Both the position numbers and the translations under genes were made by a program. This document shows, in pieces, positions 57,821 to 64,000 of a DNA stretch of 64,000 bases. Numbering within the stretch: position 1 is the stretch's first letter; each line of letters starts with the position of its first letter. The DNA comes from Candidatus Binatota bacterium (GTDB lineage: Bacteria; Desulfobacterota; Binatia; UBA1149): positions 60,887 to 124,886 of the forward strand of contig DUBO01000051.1 in the NCBI GenBank assembly GCA_012960245.1, written 5' to 3'. The notes beneath the pieces were generated by a model, which saw nothing but the letters and a program-made list of their open reading frames with translations, was not told the origin of the DNA and did no database searches.

Positions 57821-58767
57821 CTTTCGGGCTTTCGTTGTCGGTGGCCTTGATGTCGGCCGGCATTATGGTGCGCTTGCGACGCGCGACCCAGCGGGAGGCA
57901 GTGCTCGACAGGTTGCGGGCCGACCCGGTGCTGTCGCTTAACGAAGATAGTCGTCGCAGTATCCTTCGCGACGCGCGATTGAGCGAAGTGAGTTTTATCA
58001 ACGAGCTACTCGAACGAATATCGCTCGTGCGGGTGCTCGAGCGCTGGCTGGTACAGGCTCGATGGAAGGTGCGGGCCGACGACGTGCTCCTGCGCAGCGT
58101 GCTCATGGGGCTCACCGGCGTGGTCTCGATGCAGTTGACCGTTGGCTCCACGCTGCTTGGTGTCGGGGTGGGCGCGGCCTTGGCCGGTTCGCCGGTGATG
58201 ATACTGCTCATGCAGCGAAAACGCCGTTTTGCCGCTTTCGACAGGCAGCTTCCCGACGCGCTGACGATGATGAAAAACTCGCTTCAGGCGGGCTACACTC
58301 TGAATAAAGCGATGCAGGTGATCGCCGAGGAAATGGAAGCCCCGGTGGGCGAGGAGTTCCGCGACACGGTCGAGGAAATGCGCCTCGGGGTACCCCTGTC
58401 CCAGGCCATGAACAACCTCCGTCGCAGGATCGAGAACAACAACCTCGATATTTTTATAACCGCGGTGCTCATTCAGTTCGAGGTGGGGGGCAGCCTCACC
58501 GAGTTGCTTGAAAACGTAAGCGAGACGATACGAGAGCGCTTCCGGATGGAGGGCGAGGTAAAGTCGCTCACCGCCGAGGGACGCATATCGGGTATCGTGG
58601 TTGGCGTGTTGCCCATCGCCCTGGTGGCCATCATAAGCGTGATGCAGCCCGACTACCTGGAGCCCTTGCTCGCTACCGAGACCGGGCACAAGCTGCTCGG
58701 GCTCGCCGCGGTGCTCGAGACCCTGGGTTTCTTAGCCATAAGGAAGGTCAGTCGTGTCAACTTCTGA
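57802..58767 (+). CDS. tadB: TadB (T2SSF family)
   Basis: QLPDAL, GG.L.ELL, LTAEGR; TM segments. Confidence 0.9.
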
Positions 58768-58776
58768 GGGCAGCGC

Positions 58777-59718
58777 ATGACCCCGTTGTTGATATCCCTG
58801 GGTGCGGCGCTTGGCGGTGGCTTATTTTTTTCCGGCGTGGTCCTGGCTCTACGTAGCAGGAGAGACATGCAACGCAGGCTCGCGGTGGCGCTGCCGGCCG
58901 AAGGCGTCTCCGTGCTAGATGATGAAGAGCAGCAGAGCTTCGTATCCCGCTTGCTCTCCGACGTGGGTGCGTGGGTGGCAGACACCTTCGGCGCTCCGGC
59001 AGACGCTGCTGCGACTACGAAAGACAACAGTGACAGCGAGAAGTTGCTTTCTGCGGCGGGTTGGCGCGGTCCTCGAGCGGTGGCCCTCTACGCCGGCGCG
59101 AGAATGGGACTGGCCCTGTCGCTGGCGTTCATCGCCGCTATCGGGGCGCTCGTAAGCGGTGGCGAGCTAAGCCAGGCCGCCCAGTACGGTGCCTGCGGCG
59201 GCTTGCTCGGTTACTTCATCCCGCGCTTCGTGGTCGGCTCTCGTGCAAACAAGCGCAGGCTGTTAATAACCCGGACCTTGCCCGACGTGGTCGATATGTT
59301 CGTGCTCTGTGTCGAGGCGGGGCTGGGCCTGAACGCGGCCATGAAGCGGGTGGGCGACGAGCGCTCCCGCGATCCCGATGATGTCCTGGGCCGTGAACTT
59401 TCGTTGATGAACTACCAGCTGGCCTCGGGACGCAGCCGCGAAGACGCCTTTCTCGAGCTGGGCAGGCGCAACGACGCCGAGGACCTGAAGGCCTTTTCTT
59501 CTTTCATGGTCCAGAGCGACAAGCTCGGCACCAACATAGCCGACGCGCTGCGGGTTTTTGCCGGCGAGTCGCGGTCGCGGCGCAAGCAGATGGCCCAGGA
59601 AGCCGCCAACAAGGCGGCGGTAAAACTCCTGTTTCCCCTGGTGCTGTTTATCTTCCCCACGATGTTTCTCGTAATTCTCGGTCCGGCCATCATGAAGCTC
59701 CAAGCCGCCATGCCCTAG
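58777..59718 (+). CDS. tadC: TadC (T2SSF family)
   Basis: LPDVVD..CVEAGLGL, KLLFPLVLFIFP. Confidence 0.9.
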   Translation: MTPLLISLGAALGGGLFFSGVVLALRSRRDMQRRLAVALPAEGVSVLDDEEQQSFVSRLLSDVGAWVADTFGAPADAAATTKDNSDSEKLLSAAGWRGPRAVALYAGARMGLALSLAFIAAIGALVSGGELSQAAQYGACGGLLGYFIPRFVVGSRANKRRLLITRTLPDVVDMFVLCVEAGLGLNAAMKRVGDERSRDPDDVLGRELSLMNYQLASGRSREDAFLELGRRNDAEDLKAFSSFMVQSDKLGTNIADALRVFAGESRSRRKQMAQEAANKAAVKLLFPLVLFIFPTMFLVILGPAIMKLQAAMP

Positions 59719-59775
59719 GCTCGAACGTCCTGGGCGGGGGTTAACGAGACAGCGGCGATGGTGTAAGTATCGCTC

Positions 59776-61779
59776 TTGCGACACCAAGGCACTTTCAAGC
59801 TCGAGACCGACTTCCGCCTGCAGGGCGATCAGCCCGCCGCCGTCCGCGAGCTCGTGGCGGGAATAGAGCAGGGCTTGGAGCACCAGGTGCTGTTGGGGGT
59901 CACCGGTTCGGGCAAGACCTTTACCATGGCCAACGTCATCGAGCGCCTGAACAGGCCCGCGCTCGTGCTCGCACCCAACAAGACCCTGGCCGCCCAGCTC
60001 TACAGCGAGTTCAAGCAACTCTTTCCCTCCAACGCGGTTCGCTACTTCGTTTCGTACTACGACTATTATCAACCCGAGGCCTACGTACCGAGCACCGATA
60101 CCTACATCGAGAAAGACTCGGCGATCAACGACGAGATAGACAAGATGCGCCACTCGGCCACCCGGGCGCTGCTGGAGCGCAGCGACGTGCTCATCGTGGC
60201 CTCGGTGTCGTGCATATACGGCCTCGGCACGCCCGAAGACTACTTCAAGATGCTGCTGTTTCTCGAGGAAGGGCAGCGTGCCAATCGTGACGAGGTCATG
60301 CGTAAGCTTGTCGCTATTAACTACCAGCGGGATGACGCCGACTTCCACCGTGGCACCTTCAGGGTCAGGGGCGATATCGTCGAAATATTTCCTGTCTACG
60401 AAGACGTCCGCGCCCTGCGCGTAGAGTTCTTTGACGACGAAGTAGAATCGATAAAGGAAATCGACCCGCTGCGAGGCACGGTCAACCGTAAGCTGGAAAG
60501 GCTGGTACTTTACCCGGCCAGTCATTACGTGACCACCGCGGAAAACATGAAAGTCGCCATCGAACGCATTCGCAACGAGCTGGGCCTGCGCGGCACCGAG
60601 CTGCGCGCCGAGGACAAGGCGCTGGAGGCCCAGCGGCTGGAGCAGCGGACCCTCTACGACATCGAAATGCTCGAAGAGATGGGCGTGTGCACCGGTATTG
60701 AGAACTACTCAAGGCACCTGGCCGGCCGGCATGCCGGGGAGACGCCGGCCACCCTGTTGCACTATTTTCCCGATGATTTCGTGGCCTTCCTCGACGAGAG
60801 CCACATCAGTGTTTCGCAGGTAGGCGGCATGTACCGTGCGGACAGGTCGCGTAAAAACACCCTGGTTGATTTTGGTTTCAGGTTACCGTCGGCGCTGGAC
60901 AACCGGCCGCTTACCTTCGAAGAATTCGGTGACGTGATGGGCCCCCTTGTCTACGTGTCGGCCACGCCCGGTGACTACGAGCTCGAGAAGTCGGCTGGGG
61001 TAGTGGTCGAACAGCTCGTCCGTCCTACCGGCCTGGTGGACCCAGAGGTAGAGGTGAGGGGGGCCGGCAACCAGGTAGACGACCTGCTGGACGAAGTTCG
61101 CTTGCGCGTCGAACGCGACCAGAGGGTGCTGGTCACGACCCTGACCAAGAAGATGGCCGAGGACCTGAGCGAGTACTACGACGAGCTCGGCATCAAGGTG
61201 CGCTACCTGCACTCGGACGTGGTCACCCTGGAGAGAGTGGAGATCCTGCGTGATCTGAGGCGCGGTGTGTTCGACGTGCTGGTGGGCATCAACCTGCTCA
61301 GGGAGGGGCTGGATCTTCCCGAGGTATCGCTGGTGGCGATACTCGACGCCGATAAGGAAGGTTTTCTTCGCTCCGCAAGGTCTTTGATACAAACCATGGG
61401 CAGGGCCGCACGCCATATAGACGGCAAGGTCATCATGTACGCCGACAGGATAACCGGCGCCATGGAGCAGGCGATGGACGAGACCGCCCGTCGCCGCGAG
61501 ATGCAGGAGGCATATAACAAGGAGCACGGCATCGAACCCCGGGGCATAGAGCGGGGCGTGGACGATCCGATGGTGCGCATGGCCGAGGCCGACTACGGCC
61601 CGATACCCGAGGTAGCCGAGTCGTCGGCTGATTATGGCGACGGCGGACTTCGCGCCGAGATCGAAAGCCTCAGGCGGCGCATGAAAGAAGCGGCCGCCGG
61701 AATGGATTTTGAAAAGGCGGCCGAGCTCAGGGACAAGGCCAACCGTCTCGAGCAGCAGGAGCTCGGGTACGGTGGCTGA
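59776..61779 (+). CDS. uvrB: Excinuclease ABC subunit B
   Basis: [43 protein letters not shown] domain. Confidence 0.98.
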   Translation: MRHQGTFKLETDFRLQGDQPAAVRELVAGIEQGLEHQVLLGVTGSGKTFTMANVIERLNRPALVLAPNKTLAAQLYSEFKQLFPSNAVRYFVSYYDYYQPEAYVPSTDTYIEKDSAINDEIDKMRHSATRALLERSDVLIVASVSCIYGLGTPEDYFKMLLFLEEGQRANRDEVMRKLVAINYQRDDADFHRGTFRVRGDIVEIFPVYEDVRALRVEFFDDEVESIKEIDPLRGTVNRKLERLVLYPASHYVTTAENMKVAIERIRNELGLRGTELRAEDKALEAQRLEQRTLYDIEMLEEMGVCTGIENYSRHLAGRHAGETPATLLHYFPDDFVAFLDESHISVSQVGGMYRADRSRKNTLVDFGFRLPSALDNRPLTFEEFGDVMGPLVYVSATPGDYELEKSAGVVVEQLVRPTGLVDPEVEVRGAGNQVDDLLDEVRLRVERDQRVLVTTLTKKMAEDLSEYYDELGIKVRYLHSDVVTLERVEILRDLRRGVFDVLVGINLLREGLDLPEVSLVAILDADKEGFLRSARSLIQTMGRAARHIDGKVIMYADRITGAMEQAMDETARRREMQEAYNKEHGIEPRGIERGVDDPMVRMAEADYGPIPEVAESSADYGDGGLRAEIESLRRRMKEAAAGMDFEKAAELRDKANRLEQQELGYGG

Positions 61780-63670
61780 CGGCCCACCCGCCGAGGACAA
61801 AAAAACCCCTACCACGCGGGAGAAGCTGGGGGCAAAGGTTGGCACGCTTCCCACCGGCCCTGGCGTCTACCTGTTCAAGGACAGCAAGGGCAAGGTGCTG
61901 TACGTCGGCAAGGCGCGCAGCCTTCGCCAACGCTTGCGCAGCTACCTCGCCGAGGGTGGTGACGGGCGCTACCAGTTGCGTTTCCTGATGCAGAAGGTCG
62001 CCGACCTCGAGACCCTCGTGACCGACGGCGAAGCCGAGGCGCTGATGCTGGAGGCCAACCTGATCCAGCAGTACAAGCCGCGGTACAACATACGCCTGAA
62101 GGACGACAAGAGTTACCTGTCGGTCAAGGTCACGAGCAAGGACGAGTGGCCGCGGCTGTTTCCGACGCGGCGTATCCAGCGCGACGGCAGCACCTACCTC
62201 GGCCCTTACCCGTCGGCGTCGGGCGTGCACGAAACCTTGTCTACCATACGCAGGGTGTTTCCGCTGCGCACCTGCTCGGATACCGTGTTTCGTAACCGTT
62301 CGCGTCCCTGCCTCGAGTACCAGATCAAGCGTTGCCTGGCCCCCTGCGTGTACGAGGTGGACAAGAAAGCCTACGCGCTTCATCTCGACGGGGCGGTAAA
62401 GCTTCTAGAGGGCAAGACCGACGGACTGTTGCGCGATATCGAGCGGCGCATGGCCGAGGCCGCTGCCGCCGAGGAGTATGAAGACGCGGCGAGGCTGCGG
62501 GACCGGGCGGCCGCGATCAAGACCGTGGCCGATAAGCAGAAGGTAGTGGTGCACGGCGGCGGCGATCGTGACGTTTTTGGCCTGGCGCGGGAAGGTGGAT
62601 TCGTCCAGGCCCAGGTGTTGCTGGTGAGGTCGGGACGACTGTCGGCCCACCTGTCTTACCAGTTTGACGATCACGATTTTCCCGACGAGGAGGTCCTCGA
62701 TTCACTGCTGGGACGCTTCTACGAGGGCGATCGCTATGTTCCCGCGGAGGTGTTGCTGCCCGTGGACGTCGAGGGTCGCGGCACCTTGGCCAGCGTTCTT
62801 TCGTCACGCCTGGGCAGGAAGGTGTCGGTGCTGGTACCGTTGCGGGGTGAAAAGAAACGCCTTGTAGAGATGGCCGTGCGCAACGCGGTGCACGCGCTTT
62901 CTGAACGCAGCGACGAGTCCCTGCGCCGCGAGAAGATGCTCAAGGAACTGCGCGACAGGTTGGGGCTGTCGAGTATCCCCAAGCGAGTGGAGTGCTTCGA
63001 TATCTCGCACGTCTCGGGCGAAGACGTTGTTGCTTCCATGGTGGCTTTTGACGAAGGCTTGCCCGACAGGTCGGGCTACCGCCACTACCGGCTCAAGGAA
63101 GTGCAGCGCAACGATGACTATGCGGCCATGAAAGAGGTGCTGCATCGCCGCCTGGTGCGAGGGGTCAGCGAGGGCGGCCTGCCCGACCTCTTGCTGGTGG
63201 ACGGCGGCAGGGGGCAGCTGTCGATGGCCGTGGAGGTGCTGCGCGAGCTCGGGGTCGAGGGGGTAGAGCTGGCATCGTTGGCCAAGGACAAGGTCAAGAG
63301 CGACGCTCAATCCGAAGAAATCGAGCGCAGTGAGGAGCGCGTGTTCAGGCCCGGGCGCTCTAACCCGATAAAGCTCAGGCGCAACTCCAACGCCTTGTTC
63401 CTGCTGCAGCGCTTGCGCGACGAAGCGCACCGTTTTGCGATTACCTACCACCGCAAGCTTCGTTCGAAGCGCCGCTTACGATCCGAACTCGACGACATCA
63501 CTGGCGTCGGCCCGTCCAGGCGAAAGGCGCTGCTGAGGCATTTTGGTAGCGTAAAGCGCGTGCGCGAAGCCGAGGTAGAAGAAATCGCCTCGCTGGCCGG
63601 TTTCGGTGACGAGTTGGCGGCCCTGATCAAGGCCGCCCTGCAGGCTGGTCCCTCGCGCGGCGACCGCTAG
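61772..63670 (+). CDS. uvrC: Excinuclease ABC subunit C
   Basis: [36 protein letters not shown], HhH; start at GTG 61772 chosen. Confidence 0.97.
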   Translation: MADGPPAEDKKTPTTREKLGAKVGTLPTGPGVYLFKDSKGKVLYVGKARSLRQRLRSYLAEGGDGRYQLRFLMQKVADLETLVTDGEAEALMLEANLIQQYKPRYNIRLKDDKSYLSVKVTSKDEWPRLFPTRRIQRDGSTYLGPYPSASGVHETLSTIRRVFPLRTCSDTVFRNRSRPCLEYQIKRCLAPCVYEVDKKAYALHLDGAVKLLEGKTDGLLRDIERRMAEAAAAEEYEDAARLRDRAAAIKTVADKQKVVVHGGGDRDVFGLAREGGFVQAQVLLVRSGRLSAHLSYQFDDHDFPDEEVLDSLLGRFYEGDRYVPAEVLLPVDVEGRGTLASVLSSRLGRKVSVLVPLRGEKKRLVEMAVRNAVHALSERSDESLRREKMLKELRDRLGLSSIPKRVECFDISHVSGEDVVASMVAFDEGLPDRSGYRHYRLKEVQRNDDYAAMKEVLHRRLVRGVSEGGLPDLLLVDGGRGQLSMAVEVLRELGVEGVELASLAKDKVKSDAQSEEIERSEERVFRPGRSNPIKLRRNSNALFLLQRLRDEAHRFAITYHRKLRSKRRLRSELDDITGVGPSRRKALLRHFGSVKRVREAEVEEIASLAGFGDELAALIKAALQAGPSRGDR

Positions 63671-63771
63671 CCGACCTGGCAGGGCGTTATGACAGCCCCT
63701 ACATTACCGGCCGGGTATACCTTTGCCTTCAGCCCTTGAATGCCAGCCGCCGCTTGCGCTAATGGATAACG

Positions 63772-64000
63772 GTGGCGGTGTACCTGGCGGCGTTGGCAGC
63801 ATTTTCGGCGGCGTGGTGCTGCGCTGCGGGCCTGCCGGTACTGCCCGGGCAATGGTTCGAACGCCTCCTTCCCGCGCTGCTTTGCGCCGCGTGGGGGGGC
63901 TGCTCAGTGGCGCGGGGGCAGCTCAAGAAAAGAACACTGCTTGCGGTCGTGTTGCTGGCGCTGTTGGTGGGCTGGAGAGCGTTGCCACCGGTCGAACCCC
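63772..64000 (+). CDS. Possible N-terminus of a membrane protein, truncated by window end
   Basis: Open frame from GTG 63772 with several hydrophobic stretches (VAVYLAALAAFSAAW...TLLAVVLLALLVGW). Confidence 0.35.
   Translation, partial: MAVYLAALAAFSAAWCCAAGLPVLPGQWFERLLPALLCAAWGGCSVARGQLKKRTLLAVVLLALLVGWRALPPVEP

Noticed and set aside
59263..63451. Long minus-strand ORFs over tadC/uvrB/uvrC
   Set aside because: Antisense shadows of well-supported genes.

Overview
GC-rich bacterial window, probably deltaproteobacterial (Binatota/Myxococcota-like; inferred only from the Cys-rich repeat proteins and gene content). The most notable part is 1-24.7 kb, a co-oriented cluster of exported proteins. 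It contains: a giant (>2300 aa, 5'-truncated) Cys/Asp-rich repeat protein with cohesin-dockerin-cohesin modules; a di-heme cytochrome c peroxidase/MauG-family enzyme fused to the same repeat stalk and the same C-terminal domain; a small Cys-rich protein; and an MnxG-type multicopper oxidase (putative Mn(II) oxidase) fused to 18 myxobacterial-type Cys-rich repeats. These are followed by an accessory set: beta-propeller, two SCO proteins and a cytochrome c/solute-binding fusion. The rest of the window holds a trypsin-like protease, FkbH-like protein, hydrolase, SDRs, TonB-dependent receptor, nitroreductase, LLM oxidoreductases, ArsS-type radical SAM plus a MerA-like flavoprotein, a czcI/C/B/A-like RND system, a DJ-1 protein and tRNA-Asn. 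It ends with two alkaline-phosphatase-superfamily genes, a Tad pilus locus with two sigma54-preceded Flp pilins, and uvrB-uvrC. All calls come from motif recognition by eye; no database searches were run.
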